From the NCBI GenBank assembly GCA_904063045.1, contig CAJFCJ010000086.1:1-46856 (forward strand): a stretch of 46,856 nt of DNA. The letters run 5' to 3'. Under the pieces are notes generated by a model. It worked only from the letters and a program-made list of their open reading frames with translations, had not been told where the DNA came from and did no database searches. A program made the translations under genes and the position numbers. This document shows, one piece after another, positions 1 to 12,207 of the stretch (the first letter of the stretch is position 1; every line of letters begins with the position of its first letter). Origin of the DNA: Dimorphilus gyrociliatus (lineage: Eukaryota; Animalia; Annelida).

Positions 1-327
1 CTAAATAATAAATAAAATTCTCTAACTCAGCATATTGTTCCTTTTTAAGCATATTTAGCTATCTTCTATTGCGGTAATTAAGAAACATTTTTAATGATTA
101 TCTCTTCCTTTTCTAGGCTATTTGGGTTCAAAAAACACTTTTTTATCATAACTCATAAACTTTTCAATTAATTCCTGAGGATTAATTGAGGTATCCTCAA
201 CAAGTTGACTTCTTTCAATCAATTGTTCGCCTAGACTTTGTATTTTCTTATTAATTAAACTGTGAAGCGACACTTCTACAGAGTCAGCTGAGAATACAGT
301 GCTTAATAGATTAAACATGATTAGCAT
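1..327 (-). CDS. 5' part of the 345-aa putative secreted acidic protein (third copy, cut by the window edge, with an indel)
   Basis: Same N-terminus as 16198..17235 and 40641..41678. The frameshift near 120 is probably a consensus error. Confidence 0.8.
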
Positions 328-867
328 GGGCTGCTATAAGTTTCTATACTTTATACTTTTTCTGTAAAAGGACAATTTGATTTTTATATCTCATCAAAAT
401 TACTTCAATCTTATAAATATTTGTTTTAAAAAATAATTATTCTATTTCAATTTAGCTAAATTACTAGAAACACTATTTAAATTAAAATATTATGTTATAC
501 ATTTTTTGATAAATTATTCCCATTTGGTGTTACACGTCAGTTTTTACTTATTTGACAAAAGACAAAAGTTTATAAGAAATAGTTATTGAATAATTTCCAC
601 TGAAACATTTATATCATAAAATTTACTTAAAAAAATACAAGTTGAAAATAAATTCTATAACCAAAGAGAATTAAAAATTAGTGAAGTATTTAGTTTTAAA
701 TACTATCTTATTTAAAATATAAGTATATCTCTTGCTTAACTGAATTAATGGCTAGACTAGCAATTTATGATAATATAACATAAATTTATAACAAGTTATA
801 GCTTAAATTTTAATTATGAATAGAAAATTAATAAAGGTTGACTTTGTGTCTTCTTTATATTATTTAA

Positions 868-2786
868 GTAGGGTCGAACAATACACCCCTCAAAGAATAA
901 ACGCGCCCTAGTTTTCTATTAATTTACTACAAAAAAAACATTTTTTTATTATTTTTGAACTCTTTTTGTTATTTTGGTAACGACAAATAAACACCCCTAC
1001 CAAAATAGCACAAATCGCTTAGGGTGGGATAAGTAAATCAATAGGATTTTTGATTTTTTTGTCAAAAAAACAATGAACAAACGCCTCTACCAAATTACTA
1101 CAAAAAATTCCTAATAATTAAATATAAAATTTTTCCTTAAATATTTTTAATTATTAATCAATAAATTTGTCAGTAATCTTAAAAAATTACCTTTATTTAA
1201 AATATTATATCAATACATTTTTCAATTCTTAAAACTATAACAATTTTAATTTATTTATTATTTTTTGTACATTTGTGATATATCATATATTTAATTGTTT
1301 TGATACGATCTTTATAGTAAAAATAATGTTTTAAAAGTTTTTGACATTTTTTGTCCCATGCCAAAAATTCCTAATATTAATACTTCTACCGAAAAAGATC
1401 AATTAATTGCTTATTTAAGAAATACGATATACCCTAATGGTCTTAGTAAATACCAAAAACGTACATTTAAAACCAAAGCACAACAGTTTTTAATAAAAAA
1501 CAATGAGTTATATTTAAAGAAAGGGCCAGAAATCAGAAAGTATATAAGCAGCTATGATGAAGAAGGAAGAAACACTATAATCTAACAATTTAATTTACCA
1601 CGCCATGCTTGTTCTAGAAAAATAAAGCAGAATATAGAAGCCCACTATATTAATATTACAGAGTCTTATATAAAAAATTATATTTCATCATGTGAATGAT
1701 GTCAGAAAGTAGTCCCTATATCTAGTATGCGCCAATTAGACCTATAGTCGTATATAGTGTGTATGAAAGATTACAAGCTGATATAATCGATTTATCTAGA
1801 TATGCAGAGCTTAATGAAGGATATAAGTACATACTTAGTTTGATAGATTGTTTCTCAAAATATGTATTCAGCTAAAAATTAAAAAATAAACAAGCTTCAA
1901 CAGTATACAATATTTTTGCAAATATATTCAGAATTGAAGGACCATGGATTATACTACATACGTATAATGGTCGTGAGTTTATAAATAATAATATGCTTGG
2001 ATTAGTAGTAAATATAATATATCTCACATAACAGGTAGACCCAAACATCCTCAATACCAGGAGTAATAGAGAGGCTTAATAGAACCCTAAAACTGAGGTT
2101 AAGGAAAGGATTAGAAGGAACAGAAAAATGGATTAACTTACATGATGATATTGTTTATCAATATAATAATACAATAAATAGCGCTACAACCTTCAAACCT
2201 TATGTGTTGTTCAGAGGAAAAGATCCGAACAATGTTAATTTTGACAATATAAAGAACATAATAGACGAATTAGAGATAATAGAGAATTAAATATAGCAGA
2301 TAAATGTATTCTTGCAGAGATAATAGAGAATTAAATATAGTAAATGTATTCTTGCAAAGGATTTTAGTACAAATATAAATACAAGACGCCATCCTTTAGT
2401 TTTATTATATTATAGTGAAATTTATACAGTTATTGATATCTCTAATAACAATTTCACTATTAAAGATGATCTACAAAATCAAAAAATCGTAGACAAATCC
2501 CTATTAAAAATATTTATTGAAAAATTTTATATTAAATTAGTAGAAATTTTTGTGGTAATTTGATAGGGGCGTTTATTCGTTAATGTTTGACAAAAAAATC
2601 AAAAAATCCTATTAATTTACTTATCCCGCCCTAAGCGATTTGTGCTATTTTGGTATGGGCGTTTATTCGTCCTTACCAAAATAACAAAAAAGGGTTCAAA
2701 AATAATTAAAAAAAATTTTTTTTGTGGTAAATTAATAGGAAAACTAGGGGTGTTTATTCGTTGAGGGTGTGTTATTCGTTCTAACA
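868..2786 (+). mobile_element. Ginger-like DNA transposon with retroviral-type (rve) integrase, defective, copy 1
   Basis: ~280-bp imperfect TIRs (868-~1150 and ~2503-2786) with TGT...ACA-type ends; the first T is missing in this copy but present in copies 2 and 3. Contains a disrupted integrase ORF. Confidence 0.75.
1358..2250 (+). pseudogene. Integrase pseudogene (H2C2-like region plus rve core)
   Basis: Fragments LQADIIDLS, LSLIDCFSKY, HT(Y/D)NGREF, GRPKHPQYQGVIERLNRTLK, YQYNNTI(N/H)SAT. In-frame TAA at 1583 and TGA in CE*CQ are shared by all three copies. Confidence 0.85.
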
Positions 2787-3099
2787 CAAATTATAATTTA
2801 AATTTCAATTATGAACAGAAAATTAATAAAGATTAGCTTTGTCTCTTCTTTATATTATTTAATGTCTAGTAATTATTAAATATGTTTATAATATGAGTTA
2901 TATGTTGAATTTATAAAAATTACTCATATCTTCTTTTTATAAGACAAAAATTGTAATAAATAAAATATTATAAACATTTTACTCCTTTTCAAGTTATCAA
3001 TGTTATATAACTCAAAGGAAAGTCTATTCGTTAATTACTTCCCTAAAGAAATATAAATGAAATAACTAAAACCTTTAATATAAATAAAAATTGTTTAAT

Positions 3100-4306
3100 C
3101 TAAACAACATCACCACTTATGTTCTCATTTAATAGCTTCACTTTATTAAAAACATCATTCATAATAGATTCTAGATAATTGGAATAACCATTATTAGCGA
3201 TGTTTTCATCGTCTTCTATTCCTTTTTAATGTATAGATTTCTTAAGCCATCACCTCCACCGTTTTTAGCTGCAAATTTATCAGAGTCAGAATATAACAAT
3301 GAAATAATATAAAATTTAATAGGAAAAAACAATTTAAACGCAATGTTAAACATTAAACATATATAAATCATGTTTTTTGTTATACTAGTGAAATCGTAAT
3401 AAATCATGAGATCAAACATATTTCCAAAATAGCCAATAAACAGCGCAATTAATAAATTAAATACTGAATAAAGAATATCGATAATAAAATTATACCCTGA
3501 ATTAATAAAGTTAATACCAAATAAAATGATTCCGTTATGGTCTTCCATTTCCTCAGAATTTTTAATTAATATTACTTTTTTACTAATAGTTCTGAAGGTA
3601 GTGAAAGTAGAAAATTCCGTAGGTGATTCATAAACTTCTATAGATCCTAACATATCTCTTGTTTTTTTATTAATTTTTAAATCAATATTTTAACAGCCAC
3701 ATCGGGATTTCCAAAGAAAATGTCATATATTGGATAAAAAATGCAAATAGTAGAAATAACTGCAAGAACATATATATTCATAATAAATACATAAATGAAT
3801 AGAAAAAAGAACCAAAATAAGGCATAAAAAAGAAAAAATATTATTAAATTGCCACCTATAGTGTTTAGTATATTAAAAAAGGTTGTAAAACAAAATATAG
3901 GAGCAACTAAACTATAAAAAATAAGAAGTATAATTATAGTACTGCTTTTATGACTAAGTTTGGATTCTAAAAATGTTTGTATTTTATCAAAATAATTATA
4001 TTTTAGAACCGCTATCTCCATTAGAAATGACAAAAAATGAAGAAAGATATAAGTTACTTTTTGAAGCTTCCTTTTAAATAAATCTGTCTTTATCTTCTCT
4101 TCTGATATGTCTGTATCTTTATAAATGTTTATTGCTTCTTTTTTATTAATTGTAAGAATATCATAAAGATAGATACAAACTCTAACTGTAAAATTAAAGT
4201 ATATCATGTAATGTAGTAAATCTTTCATTGGGGTAGACTCAATCACACTTTTATGAATACCTCCTTTTTTATATTCAAAAAAAGCATAAATTAATACTAT
4301 AACCAA
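3100..4306 (-). CDS. M48/Ste24-like multi-pass membrane protein, copy 1 (split by homopolymer indels)
   Basis: Mirror of 12208..13398; ORFs 3216..3653 and 3677..4306 join to give the same protein. Confidence 0.6.
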
Positions 4307-4933
4307 TTTTTGACTTTTTCTAAAAAAAATTGTATTTAACTGATTTCCATTTTAGTTTTTATAATATTCCATTTTGAAAAAAATCTCGAAAAATACGCCT
4401 ATAGCCAATTTTAGATTCTTTCCAAAAGTGTAATATTAATAATAAAAAAATCATGAGCACCCGCCATTCTGAATAAATAAATAAACAACTTTGTTAAAAA
4501 TTAATATTGTAATAGTATTAAAATCAGTTCAAGTCTGTTATAAGTGGCTTTTAAATTTTTTATTATATACATACCCCTGACAAAACCCCCTAAAATTTAC
4601 CAAACAGAAAAAAACTTATAGAGATTTAAAAATACATATTTTTGATTGGTTAAAAAGACAGAAAAAAATATGAACATCAATCTCTTAATTTTAATAATAA
4701 ATAATTAGCAGGTATAAAGGATACTACACCCCCTTCGATCAATAAAATGATTTTTCAAAAAATAGAGGAAATCTAGGAGAAGGGATTATTAAGTTTTTTT
4801 AAAACTTTTTTTTCTTCAAAATTTGGTTATAATAAAAACTAATTGAATAAATTTATTAAAAATACATTGTAAGCTTCAATTACATAGTATTTTATAAATA
4901 AATGTTTTGATGTTATTAATTTCATATCTTTGT

Positions 4934-5239
4934 TAATATTTATGTTATTTCTCCTAATGCATCTTTTTAAAACCGACCATTGGTCTTCAATATTTCGAGT
5001 ATTTGCAACAGTGTCAGGATCTATAAATTTATTCTATGATTTACTTTGTCATGAATAAATCCCTTTTCTGTTAATCCATCATATCCTGCCCAAGAGTCTG
5101 TATAAGTTAGTATAGTATCTTGCTGTACATATTTATCAACTATATCATTTATAGTTTGCTTTCTTCTATTATTTACCTCTACAAACCCCTTTTTTTTAGT
5201 CATTACAGTGGGATGTGAAGTTATAGCATCCTTTTTCAA
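4934..5239 (-). pseudogene. Merlin (IS1016/IS1595-like) transposase relic, mirror copy
   Basis: YTDSWAGY...HDKVNH...F/IDPDT...NTRNIEDQWS motifs; mirror of 11255..11560. Confidence 0.8.
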
Positions 5240-5489
5240 AAAGCGTGTGATGAAAAATTAATTTAATGAGGAATTAAAACTTTTGTTAATGTATTCTTTT
5301 TTGGTTGGAAAAAAATTTGGTATCTATTTTTTGTTTCAAAGCCATAAAATCTACATAAGATTCATATTTGTGCTCAAGTAATATTTTAATTACCTCGTTT
5401 ATTTTTATAATTGCATCTTTATATTCTGTTTTTAATTCTTTAAAGTCAACTGCTTGACTTTCTTTTACTTCTATCTCATCAGAATTTGA

Positions 5490-6661
5490 ATTTTCTGTTT
5501 CATCTTTTATATCGTCTTCTCTGGTCGTTATTTTTTTACCTTTGTAAATCGGACTTGCTTTATTTCAGTAATTCAAAACTATTTTTGTGGGAATTGATTT
5601 TATTGCTTGAGAATTCCAAGTAAATACTTCATATATACTTACTTTTTTTTATTGAATCGCAATAGTTCATGTCTAACATTCCATGTTTATTTACCATATA
5701 AGTTTTTAAGTAATTATAACATTTTTCTTTGAATGACTTTATTATTACCATATCAAGAGTTTGTAATAAATTTGTTGCGTTAGCAGTTATAAATAAAAAT
5801 CTAACATGAGAGAAACTGTTGATCTTGTCTCCCAAAAATTTATCTTAAACAACGCATATTTTTCGTTTTGATCGTTTCATTTCTTTATTTATATCCTAAA
5901 AATACAAAAAAAGTTTTCTTTAGTGCCCAAGTTGTTTTATTTGTAGTGTATTTTATCTTAATGCTGTTTAATGGTTTGTTCTTTAGTTTTCTAGGCTTTT
6001 TTGAGTTTTCTACAATTAACGTGCCCAAAAAATCTCCATTTATATTTACTGGCGCTATAACCGATATCCTTGTTTTAGTTTTCGAAATTCCTTTTGAACT
6101 TTATTTTTTATCTTTTTGTATATAAGATCTGTTGTTTGGTTGCTTATAAAAAGACTTGTTTCATCACTATTAAAAATATTTTCTGAAGAATATGATTGTT
6201 TTACTGATTCAAACTCTTTCAAAAAAATTTCAACTTCTGATTCGTTAGCTTTTGATATTGTCTGATGAATTTTAACACTTTTTAATTGATTTTCTTCGAT
6301 AAACTTGCTTATAGAATAATCTTTATACTTATATCCTCAAATTGTAGATTGTTTTTTTAATAGTTTTTAGTGGTTGTTTTAGCCGGTTTTTCGATAAAGG
6401 AAATCCACTTTTTGCTAGGTTTTTAAATTTTCTCTAGAATGTGTTTATCGAACTCTTGATATTTATTAATTCTTGTTTTATTTTCTGGTAAATTTTTTTG
6501 TTCTAATATAAAGTGTAGATTATTTTAATGATTTAACTTGGAAAATAGTAACACCAAAGTTGTTGGCTATATTTTTATATCCCCATTTTGGATTTTCTAC
6601 AATCTTCCGCGTAATTTCCTCTTTCTTTTTAATTATCAGTTTTTTTTTCCAGAGTTTCCAT
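5490..6661 (-). pseudogene. pogo/Tigger-like (CENP-B/DDE_1) transposase relic, mirror copy
   Basis: Mirror of 9831..11000; end approximate. Confidence 0.7.
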
Positions 6662-6899
6662 AGGTGCGCTAGAATTTATATTGTAAAATAACATATTATA
6701 TATTTGATAAATAGGAAAATTTTAGTATAAATAAAAAAAATAAAATGCGTGCGATGACTCTTAAAGTAGAATTAAACATGTAATAATTTAGAAACTATTA
6801 AAATTTATCAAATGAAGCTTTAGTTCCGTCTAAACAACATAATTTAATGTTATAGACTGTTTTATAGAAAGTTTACAACGTTTTTCATGTTTATTGCTG

Positions 6900-7505
6900 G
6901 GGGAAAGTTCGCCCAGTGTATTAAATTCTTTTTTTGAATCATAAAGCCGGAGGTCACATAGTTTATGTAGTATATTGTGCCATACATGGATTATTGCTGT
7001 TTTAAGGTCTGCTATTTCTTGGGATTATACTTTTAAATTTCACATTTAATATATTCCCATAGATTTTCTATTAGATTAAGACCTGGAGATTGGGAGGACC
7101 AAGAAAGCACTTTAATAATTTAAAATTCTTTTGTTATACTGCCTGGATGCTTAGGATCATTGTCGTGTAATGAAATTGAAGTTTTTTCTTCTATTAATCT
7201 CCTAGCTGGTGTTATTAGTTCATCTTTCAACCCCTCAAATTAGTCGAGAACATTCATTCTTTGATATATTATTTTAACTTTTACAAATCCATTATAAGTA
7301 AACCATCCCCAGTCCAAAATATTGCTTCTGCCAATCTTTAATGTTTCTTACGAATTCTTTTTTATATATCCTTTCCCAGTTTCTCTTTAGACTTTGACAT
7401 TTTCATCTGAATGGAATAAATTAAATTTACTTTCATCCGTGAAAAGCTGTTTTTAAGCTCATTAATTTAGCTAAAAAAATACTTTTAAATATTGCAAGTC
7501 TTCGT
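6900..7505 (-). pseudogene. Older Tc1 transposase relic, mirror copy
   Basis: Mirror of 8987..9590; boundaries approximate. Confidence 0.75.
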
Positions 7506-7509
7506 TATA

Positions 7510-8982
7510 CAGTGGTGTGCAAAAAAAATGGGCCACCCCTTTTTTCATAAATATAATACATATAAGACTATTTTAGAAATGAAGTGTAATAAGCGACTTT
7601 ACTAGTTAATAAACTCTTAAATATTTATATGGGTGTTTTTTCTTAAAACCTTTTTTCGTTTATTTTTAATTAAATTGTAAAAAACTAGTGTTCAAAAAAA
7701 ATGGGCCACTAAAATTTAATAATCTGTATGTCTTCCTTTAGCATTATATATAGCCAATACCCTTTTATGAAAACTCATTATATATGGTTGTAATATTTCT
7801 GGTGTAATAGAGTTCCATATTTTAAGTATTTCTTCTTTTAACTCTGCCTTCTTAAGTTTCCCTTTTTTCTTTAAACAACTCTTAATATATGCCCATATAT
7901 GCTCTATTGGATTTAAATTAAGGCTCTGAGCAGGCCATTCTAGTGTTTCGATATTTTCTTCCTCTAACCATTGGGTCACAAGCCTAGATGTGTGCTTTGG
8001 ATCATTATCATGTTGAAAATAAACTGATTAAGACCCATTTTAGATGCAGAGGAACGGAGATTTTGTGCTAACACTTGTTTATATGCTGCTCCAGTCATTG
8101 TATCCTCAATAAAAACTAATTTTCCAGTGCCTCTATATGATATTGCACCCCATACCATAATGTTTCCACCGCCATGTTTAACAGTGGGAACAATATTCTT
8201 ACTATGATGTCTTTCACCTTTATAATACCTTACATATCTTGCTCCATCGCTACTAAAAAGATTAAATTTAACTTCATCTGAAAAAATAATAGTCTTTAAA
8301 GTTTCATTAGACATGCCTAAAAACTTCTCTGATAACTCGAACCATTTTTTGATATTTTTTGGTCTTAATAAAGGCTTCTTTATAGCTATATCAGTTAGTA
8401 ACCCTATGCTTTAAGTGTTCTTGACGCAGTTGATCTTGATATCATGATATCGAACACTTTACTTACCTTTTTTGTTATTTCTAGTGACGTTATAAAAGGA
8501 TTTTCTTGGTGTTTACGCCTAATAAAGTCTTTAATGGTATTACAAAGGATAGGTTTTCTTCCAGAACCATATTTTCGGTTTATAGGAGATCCTGTTCTGT
8601 ATAGTTTGGCTATTCTTTGTACTGTATATCTCCCAATGTTTCTCTTAATAGAAATAGAGTTTCATGTCATTCCATTTTTTAAATCTTCAACTATCAGGGC
8701 CTTTTCTAGATTACTGAGATGTTTAGACATAGGGCAAGAAAAAATTACACTCTATGAGTCAAAATGGAGGGAAATTTTCAGGTGGCCCATTTTTTTTGAA
8801 CACTAGTTTTTTACAATTTAATTAAAAATAAACGAAAAAAGGTTTTAAAGAAAAAACACCCATATAAATATTTAAGAGTTTATTAACTAGTAAAGTCGCT
8901 TATTACACTTCATTTCTAAAATAGTCTTATATGTATTATATTTATGAAAAAAGGGGTGGCCCATTTTTTTTGCACACCACTG
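7510..8982 (-). mobile_element. Tc1 transposon T1 (IR/DR type), defective transposase
   Basis: TA|CAGTGGTGTGC...GCACACCACTG|TA. ~200-bp TIRs (7510-7709, 8782-8982), each with outer and inner direct repeat CAAAAAAAATGGGCCAC. Confidence 0.95.
7716..8730 (-). pseudogene. Tc1 transposase of T1 (one in-frame TGA plus frameshifts)
   Basis: ATG at 8730 (MSKHLSNLEK), then GSGRKP, KKPLL, IFSDEVKF, TVKHGGGNIMVWG, WPAQSLNLNPIEHIW, KGRHTDY. Confidence 0.9.
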
Positions 8983-8986
8983 TATA

Positions 8987-9590
8987 ACGAAGACTTGCAA
9001 TATTTAAAAGTATTTTTTTAGCTAAATTAATGAGCTTAAAAACAGCTTTTCACGGATGAAAGTAAATTTAATTTATTCCATTCAGATGAAAATGTCAAAG
9101 TCTAAAGAGAAACTGGGAAAGGATATATAAAAAAGAATTCGTAAGAAACATTAAAGATTGGCAGAAGCAATATTTTGGACTGGGGATGGTTTACTTATAA
9201 TGGATTTGTAAAAGTTAAAATAATATATCAAAGAATGAATGTTCTCGACTAATTTGAGGGGTTGAAAGATGAACTAATAACACCAGCTAGGAGATTAATA
9301 GAAGAAAAAACTTCAATTTCATTACACGACAATGATCCTAAGCATCCAGGCAGTATAACAAAAGAATTTTAAATTATTAAAGTGCTTTCTTGGTCCTCCC
9401 AATCTCCAGGTCTTAATCTAATAGAAAATCTATGGGAATATATTAAATGTGAAATTTAAAAGTATAATCCCAAGAAATAGCAGACCTTAAAACAGCAATA
9501 ATCCATGTATGGCACAATATACTACATAAACTATGTGACCTCCGGCTTTATGATTCAAAAAAAGAATTTAATACACTGGGCGAACTTTCC
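8987..9590 (+). pseudogene. Older Tc1 transposase relic (catalytic half only) directly abutting T1
   Basis: FTDESKFNLFHSDE at ~9050, HDNDPKH at ~9325, WSSQSPGLNLIENLW at ~9390; many stops. Confidence 0.75.
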
Positions 9591-9830
9591 CCCAGCAATA
9601 AACATGAAAAACGTTGTAAACTTTCTATAAAACAGTCTATAACATTAAATTATGTTGTTTAGACGGAACTAAAGCTTCATTTGATAAATTTTAATAGTTT
9701 CTAAATTATTACATGTTTAATTCTACTTTAAGAGTCATCGCACGCATTTTATTTTTTTTATTTATACTAAAATTTTCCTATTTATCAAATATATAATATG
9801 TTATTTTACAATATAAATTCTAGCGCACCT

Positions 9831-11000
9831 ATGGAAACTCTGGAAAAAAAAACTGATAATTAAAAAGAAAGAGGAAATTACGCGGAAGATTGTAGAAAAT
9901 CCAAAATGGGGATATAAAAATATAGCCAACAACTTTGGTGTTACTATTTTCCAAGTTAAATCATTAAAATAATCTACACTTTATATTAGAACAAAAAAAT
10001 TTACCAGAAAATAAAACAAGAATTAATAAATATCAAGAGTTCGATAAACACATTCTAGAGAAAATTTAAAAACCTAGCAAAAAGTGGATTTCCTTTATCG
10101 AAAAACCGGCTAAAACAACCACTAAAAACTATTAAAAAAACAATCTACAATTTGAGGATATAAGTATAAAGATTATTCTATAAGCAAGTTTATCGAAGAA
10201 AATCAATTAAAAAGTGTTAAAATTCATCAGACAATATCAAAAGCTAACGAATCAGAAGTTGAAATTTTTTTGAAAGAGTTTGAATCAGTAAAACAATCAT
10301 ATTCTTCAGAAAATATTTTTAATAGTGATGAAACAAGTCTTTTTATAAGCAACCAAACAACAGATCTTATATACAAAAAGATAAAAAATAAAGTTCAAAA
10401 GGAATTTCGAAAACTAAAACAAGGATATCGGTTATAGCGCCAGTAAATATAAATGGAGATTTTTTGGGCACGTTAATTGTAGAAAACTCAAAAAAGCCTA
10501 GAAAACTAAAGAACAAACCATTAAACAGCATTAAGATAAAATACACTACAAATAAAACAACTTGGGCACTAAAGAAAACTTTTTTTTGTATTTTTAGGAT
10601 ATAAATAAAGAAATGAAACGATCAAAACGAAAAATATGCGTTGTTTAAGATAAATTTTTGGGAGACAAGATCAACAGTTTCTCTCATGTTAGATTTTTAT
10701 TTATAACTGCTAACGCAACAAATTTATTACAAACTCTTGATATGGTAATAATAAAGTCATTCAAAGAAAAATGTTATAATTACTTAAAAACTTATATGGT
10801 AAATAAACATGGAATGTTAGACATGAACTATTGCGATTCAATAAAAAAAAGTAAGTATATATGAAGTATTTACTTGGAATTCTCAAGCAATAAAATCAAT
10901 TCCCACAAAAATAGTTTTGAATTACTGAAATAAAGCAAGTCCGATTTACAAAGGTAAAAAAATAACGACCAGAGAAGACGATATAAAAGATGAAACAGAA
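9831..11000 (+). pseudogene. pogo/Tigger-like (CENP-B/DDE_1) transposase relic
   Basis: HTH-like start (METLEKK...), IFNSDETSLFYK at ~10315, FLFITANATNLLQTLDMVIIKSFK (compare the pogo QPLD-GII-SFK motif); frameshifted. Confidence 0.7.
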
Positions 11001-11254
11001 AATTCAAATTCTGATGAGATAGAAGTAAAAGAAAGTCAAGCAGTTGACTTTAAAGAATTAAAAACAGAATATAAAGATGCAATTATAAAAATAAACGAGG
11101 TAATTAAAATATTACTTGAGCACAAATATGAATCTTATGTAGATTTTATGGCTTTGAAACAAAAAATAGATACCAAATTTTTTTCCAACCAAAAAAAGAA
11201 TACATTAACAAAAGTTTTAATTCCTCATTAAATTAATTTTTCATCACACGCTTT

Positions 11255-11560
11255 TTGAAAAAGGATGCTATAACTTCACATCCCACTGTAATGACTAAAA
11301 AAAAGGGGTTTGTAGAGGTAAATAATAGAAGAAAGCAAACTATAAATGATATAGTTGATAAATATGTACAGCAAGATACTATACTAACTTATACAGACTC
11401 TTGGGCAGGATATGATGGATTAACAGAAAAGGGATTTATTCATGACAAAGTAAATCATAGAATAAATTTATAGATCCTGACACTGTTGCAAATACTCGAA
11501 ATATTGAAGACCAATGGTCGGTTTTAAAAAGATGCATTAGGAGAAATAACATAAATATTA
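11255..11560 (+). pseudogene. Merlin transposase relic (C-terminal DDE part)
   Basis: TDSWAGY, VNH, DPDT-ANTRNIEDQWSVLKR motifs typical of DDE_Tnp_IS1595/Merlin. Confidence 0.8.
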
Positions 11561-12207
11561 ACAAAGATATGAAATTAATAACATCAAAACATTTATTTAT
11601 AAAATACTATGTAATTGAAGCTTACAATGTATTTTTAATAAATTTATTCAATTAGTTTTTATTATAACCAAATTTTGAAGAAAAAAAAGTTTTAAAAAAA
11701 ACTTAATAATCCCTTCTCCTAGATTTCCTCTATTTTTTGAAAAATCATTTTATTGATCGAAGGGGGTGTAGTATCCTTTATACCTGCTAATTATTTATTA
11801 TTAAAATTAAGAGATTGATGTTCATATTTTTTTCTGTCTTTTTAACCAATCAAAAATATGTATTTTTAAATCTCTATAAGTTTTTTTCTGTTTGGTAAAT
11901 TTTAGGGGGTTTTGTCAGGGGTATGTATATAATAAAAATTTAAAAGCCACTTATAACAGACTTGAACTGATTTTAATACTATTACAATATTAATTTTTAA
12001 CAAAGTTGTTTATTTATTTATTCAGAATGGCGGGTGCTCATGATTTTTTTATTATTAATATTACACTTTTGGAAAGAATCTAAAATTGGCTATAGGCGTA
12101 TTTTTCGAGATTTTTTTCAAAAATGGAATATTATAAAAACTAAAATGGAAATCAGTTAAATACAATTTTTTTTAGAAAAAGTCAAAAATTGGTTATAGTA
12201 TTAATTT

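Noticed and set aside
2230-2350. ~40-bp tandem duplication and ~55-bp deletion unique to Ginger copy 1
   Set aside because: Lies in the noisiest part of the window and is absent from the other two copies; likely a read or consensus error.
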